64,000 nucleotides of DNA from Cyanidioschyzon merolae (Eukaryota). Position numbers and translations under genes: made by a program. Below the pieces are notes generated by a model. That model was not told the DNA's origin, made no database searches, and saw only the letters and a list, made by a program, of their open reading frames with translations. This document shows, one piece after another, positions 10,633 to 20,260 of this stretch (position 1 is its first letter; each line of letters begins with the position of its first letter). The DNA lies in the NCBI GenBank assembly GCA_000091205.1, contig AP006502.2. One strand, given 5' to 3'.

Positions 10633-12168
10633 TTGCGGACGTGCTACGCACGCAACGACTGGGGACGCTCTCCTTTCAGTTGGTGGATAAATTCGAGTGC
10701 TGAGCGACTGGGTTTTGTCACATTGTTTGTGAACTCGTCGACGTGTGCGTTCAAGTGGCGAGACACGAAGCTACCTCTGCACATACGCACGCATACCATG
10801 CGGCAATTCATACCAGTGATTCACGGCTCGTTGGACTGGATTGCTTTGGAGGCATGCTCGCTCGCCTCACTGAAACCGGTCACATTACCACATCAGCGGC
10901 ATCGTGAGCCGGCTGCAGCGGTTGAACTGCATCCAAGCGCCGCAAAATTGTACAACTATTGCAGATTCAATGGAATCCCCGGTAAGCAGCTGGATTCCGT
11001 ACCAGAAGGCGCAAGCGTCGCTGAAGAGGCCCATGTCGCTGTATACTTGCAGCCGATAACGCCAGTGACGGGCGAGAGGCATCGTGCCCGTGCACCGCTT
11101 CTTGTGGACTCGCCGCACTCTGGAAGAATCTATCCGGTCGACTTTGAATTCTATCCGGAATTCACCAAGCTCCGCCGAGGCGAGGACGCCTACGTCGACC
11201 GTCTGGTCGCGCCTGCGTTGCACAGTGGCGCTACCGTAATCGCTGCTCTCTTCCCTCGAACCTATATTGACGTGAATCGGCACGAGAACGACATCGATGT
11301 GGAGCTGCTAGCCTCGCCATGGCCGTACCCAGTGAGGCCTTCCGAGAAAACCGCTCGTGGTCTGGGTTTGTTGCGGCGCTATGTGATTCCCGGCGAGCCG
11401 GTTTACGCCCCCGGGAAGCGTTTAACAGTCGAACAAGTTCACCATCGTATTGTATCTTATTTTGAGCCCTATCTGACCCTAGTCGCGAACGCGATAGATG
11501 CTCTCCACTCCGAGTTCGGTGTTGTCTACCATCTAGACGTACACTCGATGAAATCCAGGGGAAATGCCATGACGCCGGATGGTGCTGGCGCTTCGCGTCC
11601 CGATGTTGTGGTCGGTGACCTGCGCGGCCTGGCATGCGAACCAGAATTTACGCAGTTTGTCGTACAAGCGCTCGAGGCCGAGGGCCTTAGCGTCAGTGTC
11701 AATAAGCCGTATGCTGGTGCCGGCATTCTACGGCGATTTGGAGCACCTCAGGATGGAGTACACTGTCTGCAAATAGAACTGAATCGAGCGCTCTATCTGG
11801 ACGAGGAGCAGGTGGAATGCCTGAGCGATGGCCGATTTGAGCGGCTGCAGAGCGCGCTCGCTCGCGTCTTTGCACGCGTTGCTGACTGGACGCTGAAGCG
11901 TGCCGCAGAGGAAATGGGCAAGCCGATCTCAGAGCAGGACACGGAAGCGGACTTTGTGCGCCGCGTACTTCCGTCCGTCGCGCGGCGCTTGCGCAGCTCG
12001 GGAATGCGCGTCTCGGCGAGCCTTCTGGAGCCACTGCTGCTTGGCGATGCCGACGGGGGTCATGAGTCGGACCCTGACTCCAATGACAGTCTCGACAGTG
12101 ATTACGAGCAAGAACCGGAGATTTCGGAGAAGCAATCCCCAAAAGGCTTGTACTGCATCCCTTCCTGA
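10633..12168 (+). CDS. N-formylglutamate amidohydrolase (FGase) family protein with acidic C-terminal tail
   Basis: 'LLVDSPHSGRIYPVDF' matches the FGase pHsG..iP motif. 'VVYHLDVHSMKS' matches the DxHSM metal-binding motif. Real start probably an internal Met (about 10798). C-terminus is D/E/S rich. Confidence 0.6.
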   Translation: MRTCYARNDWGRSPFSWWINSSAERLGFVTLFVNSSTCAFKWRDTKLPLHIRTHTMRQFIPVIHGSLDWIALEACSLASLKPVTLPHQRHREPAAAVELHPSAAKLYNYCRFNGIPGKQLDSVPEGASVAEEAHVAVYLQPITPVTGERHRARAPLLVDSPHSGRIYPVDFEFYPEFTKLRRGEDAYVDRLVAPALHSGATVIAALFPRTYIDVNRHENDIDVELLASPWPYPVRPSEKTARGLGLLRRYVIPGEPVYAPGKRLTVEQVHHRIVSYFEPYLTLVANAIDALHSEFGVVYHLDVHSMKSRGNAMTPDGAGASRPDVVVGDLRGLACEPEFTQFVVQALEAEGLSVSVNKPYAGAGILRRFGAPQDGVHCLQIELNRALYLDEEQVECLSDGRFERLQSALARVFARVADWTLKRAAEEMGKPISEQDTEADFVRRVLPSVARRLRSSGMRVSASLLEPLLLGDADGGHESDPDSNDSLDSDYEQEPEISEKQSPKGLYCIPS

Positions 12169-12726
12169 CGGCGGACGCTTCGCTTCCACTGTTGAAGCGC
12201 CGGATACAGGCATCGTGGTGGACACCTACCGGTGCCGGTGTTTGACGTGGATGGCGCAGCGGCAGCTCTGGAAGTCGTCGTACACGGGACTGCTGCCGCG
12301 CTCGCACCAGGGCGCTGTCCGACGAGTGCACCGCGTCTGCTGGAAGTGGCGGGCTACTCGCTTTGCGCCGGGCGCTCATCGTAAACGCGTGCTTACAAAC
12401 AAACAAAAGAACGATACAGACGTGCCTTTTACCTCTCTGTCCGACGTACCGAGCAGTTGGACCAGCGCATTCGCACGCAACCTGAGACCTGCCTTGATAA
12501 AAGCCGTGTCGCACGCAGGTCTGCGAAGTTCCAGCACGGAGCTATCCCGATGCTATCGTTCCATGTGCTGGTACTGGAAGCTGTTTGTGGCAGCAACCAG
12601 AACGTCTCGGGTGCCAGTGTATATGTGGTAGTCTGGTCAGGGGTTTCGCGCGGAGGTACTTATTCAAAGTGCCTCCTTAACCCACGAATGACCACATGAC
12701 GACTATTCGGAAAACGAGCGCAAGCC

Positions 12727-12915
12727 TCAAAGCGTCTGGGCGTTGGGACCACGCTTCCTCCCTGGCCCCGTGGCGACGTTCACAAAACGGCGGTTGTACT
12801 TTGCTCTCAGGTTCGCTCTTCCGCGGGGCTTTTTAGGTTTCTCCTGCTTCGCCACTTTCGGGGTTTGTGCCTTGACCTTACCCGCACGCGCCAGTGATCC
12901 GTGAACCTTACCCAT
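12727..12915 (-). CDS. RPS30: 40S ribosomal protein eS30
   Basis: 62-aa ORF '[60 protein letters not shown]' is a near-perfect match to the conserved eS30 sequence. Confidence 0.9.
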   Translation of the reverse strand: MGKVHGSLARAGKVKAQTPKVAKQEKPKKPRGRANLRAKYNRRFVNVATGPGRKRGPNAQTL

Positions 12916-12994
12916 TTTGTAGCGAGTTCCAGTGCGCTAACCAACTATACTCGAGTGCCACAAAACCTGCGCGATAGCGCAACGGGTGCGCTTC

Positions 12995-13225
12995 CGCTGG
13001 TCCAGTAGCGCGGCGCGGCGTATTTGCCTAAATTCAACAAGTCAATTGACTTAAGGATCTGTTTTCGGCAGTGAGCGCTGGTGCAGCGCAGAAGCGCAGC
13101 GTATTTTCCCTAAATTCAACAAGTCAAATGACTTAAGGATCTGTTTTCGGCAGTGAGCGCTGGTGCAGCGCAGAAGCGCAGCGTATTTTCCCTAAATTCA
13201 ACAAGTCAATTGTCTTAGACAAGCC
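12995..13225. repeat. Tandem array of an ~83-84 bp unit, about 2.5 copies, each with the perfect 14-bp palindrome aagtcaattgactt; lies upstream of RPS30
   Basis: Units at 13019-13100, 13101-13184 and a partial 13185-13225: 'cgtatttTccctaaattcaacaagtcaaTtgacttaaggatctgttttcggcagtgagcgctggtgcagcgcagaagcgcag', with 2-3 substitutions between copies. Confidence 0.9.
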
Positions 13226-13679
13226 TGATGGTGCGCGACGTTCTCCGAATCGACGTCTCGGTAGGCGCACCTCCAGATCCGGCAGGCAGAGGACACGATG
13301 AGCATGCCGATTTCAAAGGGAAATACGCGACCCTGAACAATTGTCGATTTGCCGGGAACCAGCAGACATCGCGTTCGAAACATACACTGTTGCTGGTGCC
13401 GCGTTCCATGCAAGACGACGGCATGGCATGACAGCATCAAGCGTGCATCTCGAACGGACGCGGTGTATTTGCGTTAGAGGCATGGCATAGACTTCGACCT
13501 CGATGGTGTTCCACGCCCAGGTACGTGTCGTCAAATGCATTTTCGTGGTTTATATCAAACGCGTTCGTAGTGCGTTCATTTGAAGAAATCAATATAATCC
13601 AACGGATCTGGTAAGGACATTGGAAGTCGAGGATCCTCGAGGGCCGGGGGCCTCAGGCCTCAGGCACCGGAAAAGCAGA

Positions 13680-14115
13680 ACGAAAAATCCTCTCCTCGCC
13701 GACCAACGAGCGAAGAAAAGCAAGCGATGAAGGAGAAGAAGATGGGTGGTAATGGTCCAAAAAAGGTGTCCACCGGACTGGGCGATGATGAGACTGTCGT
13801 GGCACAGCGGGCACAAGTTCTAGCGATCCTCGCCATGACGAGTTCAGCCAGAGGCAATAAACACAGGAAGGTCGTGAGCCGCGACTTCAATGCCGTCATC
13901 AATATAAGATGATATGTAGTGCTGAGGACGAAAACTGCGGAGCTGACGCGTGCGAGCTTTGTGGGCCAGCCTTCTCGGCTCGAAGTGTGCCTGGATACAC
14001 TGAAGCCGATAGCATCGGGTCGGTCAGAAAAGTCTGGGAGGCATGTGCACATGGGCAGATATATTTACCTCCCATGGCCAGAGCGCGTTTCCCGTTATAA
14101 TGGCCGTGTGTATGA
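13680..14115 (+). pseudogene. 3' fragment of a TnpB/Fanzor-like element (copy 4): C-terminal RuvC-III region plus conserved non-coding tail
   Basis: Translates to '...GPKKVSTGLGDDETVVAQRAQVLAILAMTSSARGNKHRKVVSRDFNAVINIRRYVVLRTKTAELTRASFVGQPSRLEVCLDTLKPIASGRSEKSGRHVHMG'. This is homologous to the C-termini of copies 1-3, and the post-stop sequence is also conserved. There is no upstream part of the ORF. Confidence 0.7.
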
Positions 14116-14202
14116 AGGACTGTTTTCTTAGGGCTCGAATGGATACCGAATTCGTAGGGCCCTATCGTTCGCATGCGTGTCTGAACTAGCCCTCAACACC
14201 TG

Positions 14203-15402
14203 TATCAGCTTAAAATCGGATATTGTATTGCTCGCTCAGCGTCTGTCTTGCGATTTTTTCCTAGATGCATTCGATGTACAGCCTCGACAATCAGATTGCC
14301 GGAATAAACGGCCAAGCATGTATAGTACGTGATAGGATGCCCGGTTGCTTTTTCGAAGTGCCCCCGTTGACGCTGTGCCGCTGGCGTTCGTTACGTACCC
14401 GGAGACTCGCGATGATGTGCGACGCGTTCCGATCAGTGATTCCCAAAATCAACCGGTTCCATGATCAGGTTCATATGCACAAGACTGCGTGATACTCCGC
14501 TCCTGACATGTTGGACGCGCTTACCACGCATGCGTCTCTTTTTCGATATTGTCTGTTTCACGACAACTCGTGGGTGCAGCAACTCGTGCCGCTGGATTGA
14601 CGACGACGACGACGACGACGACGACGAAATAAAAAACTCCATGTCGTCCCTTGGCGACCATACAGAAGCTCATGCACAAAGTTGTACGGATTTGATGGTG
14701 TCCAAATCATCGACTCCGATTGAAAGACAGGTCTGCCTCTGCTTTGTGGCCGCCGCCGCCGCCGAGCCGGCACATGACTGACGCAAAATACCTCCCAGGG
14801 CGTGCGCTTCCACAGGATGCCGTCTCTTCCGTTTGCATAGAATCGGGTGCTGGGCTCGCACTCGAGCCATCGCAACGATCGCTTCCAGTGGAGCGTACGC
14901 CAGCGTCTTGCACGAAACGGGCGTAGATGGACCTGAGGAACTCGACTTGCTCTCCAGCGTGGATATTCCCTCCTGGACTCGTTTCGTGATGGACAATATC
15001 GCGTTCCACCAATCCTCTATCGAATGGAACGGCGAGCGCTTTCATGCGTAGCGGGCAGCGTTCTCGAACAGAACATCGCGCGGCAGGCGCCCGTGAACGT
15101 AGAACGCGACCCCAGGGTCGGCAAACGAGGATGGGATCGAGGCGAGCCTCCTGTTGCCGTCAAGGCCACGTGGGGAGCGATGAACCGAGCGTTCACGCGT
15201 CACGAGGCAGCGATCGGAGTGGCAGCTGTGGTGGTGAACAGGTGGCAGCACCTGACCACAGGCACGTGTCACTGGTGCGAGGGGCGCACAGCGACGCTGC
15301 ATACAAAGAAGACGGAACTGGCAAGCGCGGTATCGATTGCAACTACCGTCTACGTATGGAAAGCGTTGACATTAGCCGACTGCGGCGTCGTCGGGGCTTG
15401 AA
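14203..15402 (+). repeat. Repeat A copy 1 (~1.2 kb), contains (GAC)9; direct repeat of 16912-18200
   Basis: Near-identical over its whole length to 16912-18200. Starts 'cagCttaaaatcggatattgtattgctcgctcagcg', ends '...cgtcggggcttgaacgtc'. Its internal ORFs are split by a frameshift relative to copy 2. Confidence 0.9.
14598..14624. repeat. (GAC)9 microsatellite
   Basis: gacgacgacgacgacgacgacgacgac inside repeat A copy 1. Confidence 0.95.
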
Positions 15403-16176
15403 CGTCGCTGCCTCGCCCTCGATCGCCGACCTCAGCGAGCAAGCATGTGCGTCCGGATGCAGCCGTGTCCACTCGCCGCGCTGCGACACGCTTCGATGCC
15501 AAACCGGGTACTGTGCCCCATTAGAGCCCAATCAGCAACGCACCCAAAATCTCGCGGATGCTGCGCCCTGTAGGCTGGAGTCGGCCACAATGCAACGCAC
15601 CAACCTGGATGCGCTCGAGCATACGTGCACCCTTGGTGGCGTGCATCGGAAACGTCCACTGCGTATTTAGACAAACCTCAAATTCTGAGCATCGAGACAG
15701 GCCGAGAACTGCCAAAACATCGTAACTTGCAATGAAAGAAACTGTAATCTCTCGGCTGGCTGCCACCGCCAATCATCGCGCATTCCGGGATAATCTCATA
15801 GGCTGGTTCCCCGATGCTTCTCAAAGAATCCGAGCCAGGTACCAAGTGCGGCTGGCGCCAGATGCTCCATGGCCGGGGCGTCTTCATCGCACAGCGTGTA
15901 TGCAGCGACCGCACCGGCGCTATAGGCGCCATTGCTGTCGCTCTCGGCAGGCACTAGGCACACACGATAGGACGTATGAAACGACCAGAATATCCGAGAT
16001 GAAATATAGGTCATGTAACATGGAGGTAGGGGTTTGACAGATACCTCACCTCGCACTGAAAAAAAAAGCCAAAAAGAAAAGAAAAACGTGCATAATCGGA
16101 GAACGCTGGCCTATGGAAACGTTTCGTCCATGAAAAAACATCATTTGCCAGCGGACGCAGACGCCACAGACGTCCG

Positions 16177-16842
16177 ATGTTTCCTGCTTTGATTCGTGGT
16201 GCAGCGCGCTTCTCAGAACGTCTTCGGGGTGACTTGAGAAAAAAGATGCAGCACCAAGCCCCGAAGCCGCTGATTCTCATCGATATGGACAACACGATTG
16301 TATCATTTGACGACGCGTTCGTGAAACGCTGGAAGGAATTGGATCCACACGCCGACGAGGCCCTGATTCGGAAACGGCAGCACTTTGAACTCGAAGAAAA
16401 CCTGCCACCCGAAGCTCGGGCAATAGCGGAGAAAATCATGGGGGAGCCCGGGTTCTATGCCTCGTTTCGACCACTGGAAGGAGCTATCGTGGCCCTGCGC
16501 GCGATGATCGACCGGTCCTGGGAGGTCCGGCTGTGCTCGGCCCCGCACCCGCTACAGTGGGAAGACTGCGTGCGAGACAAGTACAGCTGGGTCCGCGAGC
16601 ACCTGGGTAGCGATTGGCTGCACCGCATTATGATCGTGCGTGATAAGACCTGTGTTCGTGGTTCTGTGTTAATCGACGACAAACCCAGTATATCGGGGTT
16701 CTATCCCGATCCCGAGTGGCTCCACGTCGTTTTCGATCAGCCGTACAACCGCGACGTGGAGGCGCGAGCGCGCCTGAGTCACTGGTCCCAATGGGAAGAA
16801 GTGCTTACACCGATCCTGAAGGCTCAAGGGTTTTCTGTTTAA
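16177..16842 (+). CDS. 5'(3')-deoxyribonucleotidase (NT5C/NT5M family, HAD superfamily)
   Basis: 'LILIDMDNTIVSFDDAF' is the HAD DxDxT motif. 'RLCSAPHPLQWEDCVRDKYSWVREHLGSDWLHRIMIVRDKTCVRGSVLIDDKPSI' aligns closely with the animal and bacterial NT5C core. Confidence 0.8.
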   Translation: MFPALIRGAARFSERLRGDLRKKMQHQAPKPLILIDMDNTIVSFDDAFVKRWKELDPHADEALIRKRQHFELEENLPPEARAIAEKIMGEPGFYASFRPLEGAIVALRAMIDRSWEVRLCSAPHPLQWEDCVRDKYSWVREHLGSDWLHRIMIVRDKTCVRGSVLIDDKPSISGFYPDPEWLHVVFDQPYNRDVEARARLSHWSQWEEVLTPILKAQGFSV

Positions 16843-16911
16843 AGAAACGGAGATGAATGGGCCCAGCTGGCAACGTTTGACCGGTGAGCGAGCCGGCTCT
16901 CCAGCTAGATG

Positions 16912-17303
16912 CCAGATTAAAATCGGATATTGTATTGCTCGCTCAGCGTCTGTCTTGCGATTTTTTCCTAGATGCATTCGATGTACAGCCTCGACAATCA
17001 GATTGCCGGAATAAACGGCCAAGCATGTATAGTACGTGATAGGATGCCCGGTTGCTTTTTCGAAGTGCCCCCGTTGACGCTGTGGCGCTGGCGTTCGTTA
17101 CGTACCCGGAGACTCGCGATGATGTGCGACGCGTTCCGATCAGTGATCCCAATATCAACCGATATCATGATCAGGTTCATATGCACAAGCCTGCGTGATA
17201 CTCCGCTCCTGACATGTTGGACGCGCTTACCACGCATGCGTCTCTTTTTCGATATTGTCTGTTTCACGACAACTCGTGGGTGCAGCAACTCGTGCCGCTG
17301 GAT

Positions 17304-17345
<42 letters not shown>

Positions 17346-18200
17346 AATAAAAAACTCCATGTCGTCCCTTGGCGACCATACAGAAGCTCATGCACAAAGT
17401 TGTACGGATTTGATGGTGTCCAAATCATCGACTCCGATTGAAAGACAGGTCTGCCTCTGCTTTGTGGCCGCCGCCGCCGCCGAGCCGGCACATGACTGAC
17501 GCAAAATACCTCCCAGGGCGTGCGCTTCCACAGGATGCCGTCTCTTCCGTTTGCATAGAATCGGGTGCTGGGCTCGCACTCGAGCCATCGCAACGATCGC
17601 TTCCAGTGGAGCGTACGCCAGCGTCTTGCACGAAACGGGCGTAGATGGACCTGAGGAACTCGACTTGCTCTCCAGCGTGGATATTCCCTCCTGGACTCGT
17701 TTCGTGATGGACAATATCGCGTTCCACCAATCCTCTATCGAATGGAACGGCTAGCGTTTTCATGCGTAGCGGGCAGCGTTCTCGAACAGAACATCGCGCG
17801 GCAGGCGCCCGTGAACGTAGAACGCGACCCCAGGGTCGGCAAACGAGGATGGGATCGAGGCGAGCCTCCTGTTGCCGTCAAGGCCACGTGGGGAGCGATG
17901 AACCGAGCGTTCACGCGTCACGAGGCAGCGATCGGAGTGGCAGCTGTGGTGGTGAACAGTTGGCAGCATCTGACCACAGGCACGTGTCACTGGTGCGAGG
18001 GGCGCACAGCGACGCTGCATACAAAGAAGACGGAGGCGGCCTCTGACCGCAGGCACGTGTCACTGGTGCGAGAGGCGCACAGCGACGCTGCATACAAAGA
18101 AGACAGAACTGGCAAGCGCGGTATCGATTGCAACTACCGTCTACGTATGGAAAGCGTTCACATTAGCCGACTGCGGCGTCGTCGGGGCTTGAACGTTGCC
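16912..18200 (+). repeat. Repeat A copy 2 (~1.29 kb), contains (GAC)13 and an internal ~65-bp tandem duplication
   Basis: Direct repeat of 14203-15402. (GAC)13 sits at 17304-17342. The 65-bp unit 'ctgaccacaggcacgtgtcactggtgcgaggggcgcacagcgacgctgcatacaaagaagac' occurs twice (17981-18045 and again to about 18105). The internal 175-aa ORF is continuous here. Confidence 0.9.
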
Positions 18201-19390
18201 ATCAACACGCTTACAATGCGAACAATGGAACTAGAGCGGAGGGAATGACCAGCGTATTTCGTACGGGAACTAGGAGACAGGAGACGGAAGCAGTTGCAGA
18301 AATACCCCGCAAAGGCTTTTACTGATAATAATGGGAGAATACCCAATTGTAGCGTGTACGTCCTTGTTAGCTTACCAGTTCCATTTCATTCTGGTATGGA
18401 TGGAGACGGATACCCGTGGCGTCATGAAATGACGCCAGCGACCCCAACAGCATCTGCTGTGCAATCATGGCAGGTTGAATACAGGTTTACCGCTCGGTTT
18501 GGCCAGCTGGCTCCGATGCTGACGTACACCGTTGGCCATTCTTCGCGTGATGTCGAGCCTGAAGAGGCAACACATGAGGCGCCCCTTCTGCTCAGCAGGA
18601 CGCCTACGGGCGTCTGATGCGCGCGCACCAGGGAGAAAGCGCCGCCCACAACGGCGGCGATGGAAGCATGCGCTTCGCTTTCGCAATCGAATATGCTTAT
18701 AAGCAAACGGGAACGCAGCATCGGTATCGCCACATCAGTGCACGCGTTCGTTGTCACTGCAGAGACGCACCCGGCGCTGGTGGAATCGCAGGCTCAAAAC
18801 TCCGTTCGACATGCCCTGGAAACGTTTTTGCCAACGTGGATTTGCTTCGATACGGATGCACGCTGCCAGTCCACATGCAGGAGCTATCGCGCCGGGCATA
18901 ACTTGCACGACGAAGTGACACCAGCGTCGATTGCCAGTGATCAAGTCGCATCACTGGCATCCATCGGCTGCCGCCAAAAGACGAACCCAGAGGGTCCATC
19001 CGGCAAGAGACACGTATTTGATGCCGCAGCTCTGGACAAACGCCCTTCTTCGCCGTTCAGTGCTTGCATTGCGAATCTTACAGCGGGGTATCACTGAAAA
19101 CCTCGAAACAGGCGAATAGATTTAAGATGGAGTCCTCGACAATCAGCTACGCGAACAAACACTCGTACAGCACTGGAAGGCCCTTGCACTGCTGCTTCCT
19201 GTCATTTCGTGCGATGCCGGTTGCAGCGTCCACGGCCAGCGAAGCAAACGCCAGAGATACCCGCATCTTCATGCGTTCGGTGTGATCGAGAGCGTCGTCC
19301 GACAGCCAGCATGGAGCATTGAACCTTGGCGTTGCGTGGCAGTGCGTCCAAGGTCCATTCCTGCGCAATTACCAACGACCCGGAAGACCA

Positions 19391-20260
19391 TTACGTTATC
19401 GTACAGGTTGAGCAACCAACACGCCCATTCACCGCTGCTGTGTTTGGCGCATTTGTCTCTGCAACGTGTGCACTTCGTTGCGATCGAGTCGAACGAGTCC
19501 CCGAGGTCGAAGCGCGCCCCGCCTGCCGAGACGCTACCTGTCTGTGACTGCGTCGATGACGCCGTTCCGCTTCCGCGCCTGCTGCTTCCGAGCCAGGCAC
19601 CCGGTTTCGCGACGTGTTGTGCGAACTCCATAAATACGAGACAAAATTCGAGCCTAGCGGGTGCTGCGGCGACGATGGAGGCTGGGACCGAGAGCCCGAC
19701 TCCGTGGCCGGTCGAGTGACAACGTGTACCGTCTGACATAAGCCCACCTGAAAGCCGCACTCGAGAAGCGTGTCGGTATCCTCGAGCACGTTGCCGAGAT
19801 ACAGAATACGCAAGTCCGACGCGGTTGAGCACGGTGGCTGGTGGAGCACTCGGAGCTGTTCGAGGAGCTCTTTTGGCTGTAAAGCTAGGAGCGCCTCTTT
19901 CACTTGACCTATTGTCGCATAAACAGGGAAAGATACCGAAAACGCATCGCCATTCACGCAGAGGAAACGAACCTTGGTCGTCTCTAGTGCAAAAGTCCCC
20001 GGTTGCAGAACTTGCTCCGAACTCAAGCGCGCAGGCACCGTAGCTGTCACTTGTGCCTGCTCCGCTGCGTCCTGATCCTTGTCAGAGCTCGGCTCGCTCT
20101 CCATGCCGCCAGAGCCGCAACGTCCGGCGCGCTTCGCAGCGTTCCCTGTACCAAGCGAGGTATCCGAGGTGAGCGACGCGCAACTGGTGTTTTCCGCAGC
20201 AGGTCGGCGCCCTTGGTTTTCCGCGCTACGCGGCGTCTCTATTTCAAGAGCAACCTCCAT
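19391..20260 (-). CDS. ubiquitin-fold (UBL) domain protein, possibly MUB-like with C-terminal CTIT
   Basis: The central 'VRFLCVNGDAFSVSFPVYATIGQVKEALLAL...LRILYLGNVLEDTDTLLECGF' reads as a beta-grasp ubiquitin-like domain. The ORF ends with Cys-x-x-x (CTIT), a weak CaaX candidate. Confidence 0.4.
   Translation of the reverse strand: MEVALEIETPRSAENQGRRPAAENTSCASLTSDTSLGTGNAAKRAGRCGSGGMESEPSSDKDQDAAEQAQVTATVPARLSSEQVLQPGTFALETTKVRFLCVNGDAFSVSFPVYATIGQVKEALLALQPKELLEQLRVLHQPPCSTASDLRILYLGNVLEDTDTLLECGFQVGLCQTVHVVTRPATESGSRSQPPSSPQHPLGSNFVSYLWSSHNTSRNRVPGSEAAGAEAERRHRRSHRQVASRQAGRASTSGTRSTRSQRSAHVAETNAPNTAAVNGRVGCSTCTIT

Noticed and set aside
12995-13225. Whether the 83-bp or 84-bp tandem arrays (here and at 24978-25135) could be CRISPR arrays
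   Set aside because: The units are directly adjacent with no unique spacers. The host is eukaryotic and there are no cas genes. These are plain tandem repeats.
14461-14781. Repeat-A ORFs containing poly-Asp runs, considered as a real acidic protein gene
   Set aside because: The Asp run is a length-variable (GAC)n microsatellite. The ORF is frameshifted in one of the two copies and has no homology. Only the copy-2 version (16972..17499) is continuous, and it is mentioned in findings rather than called as a gene.
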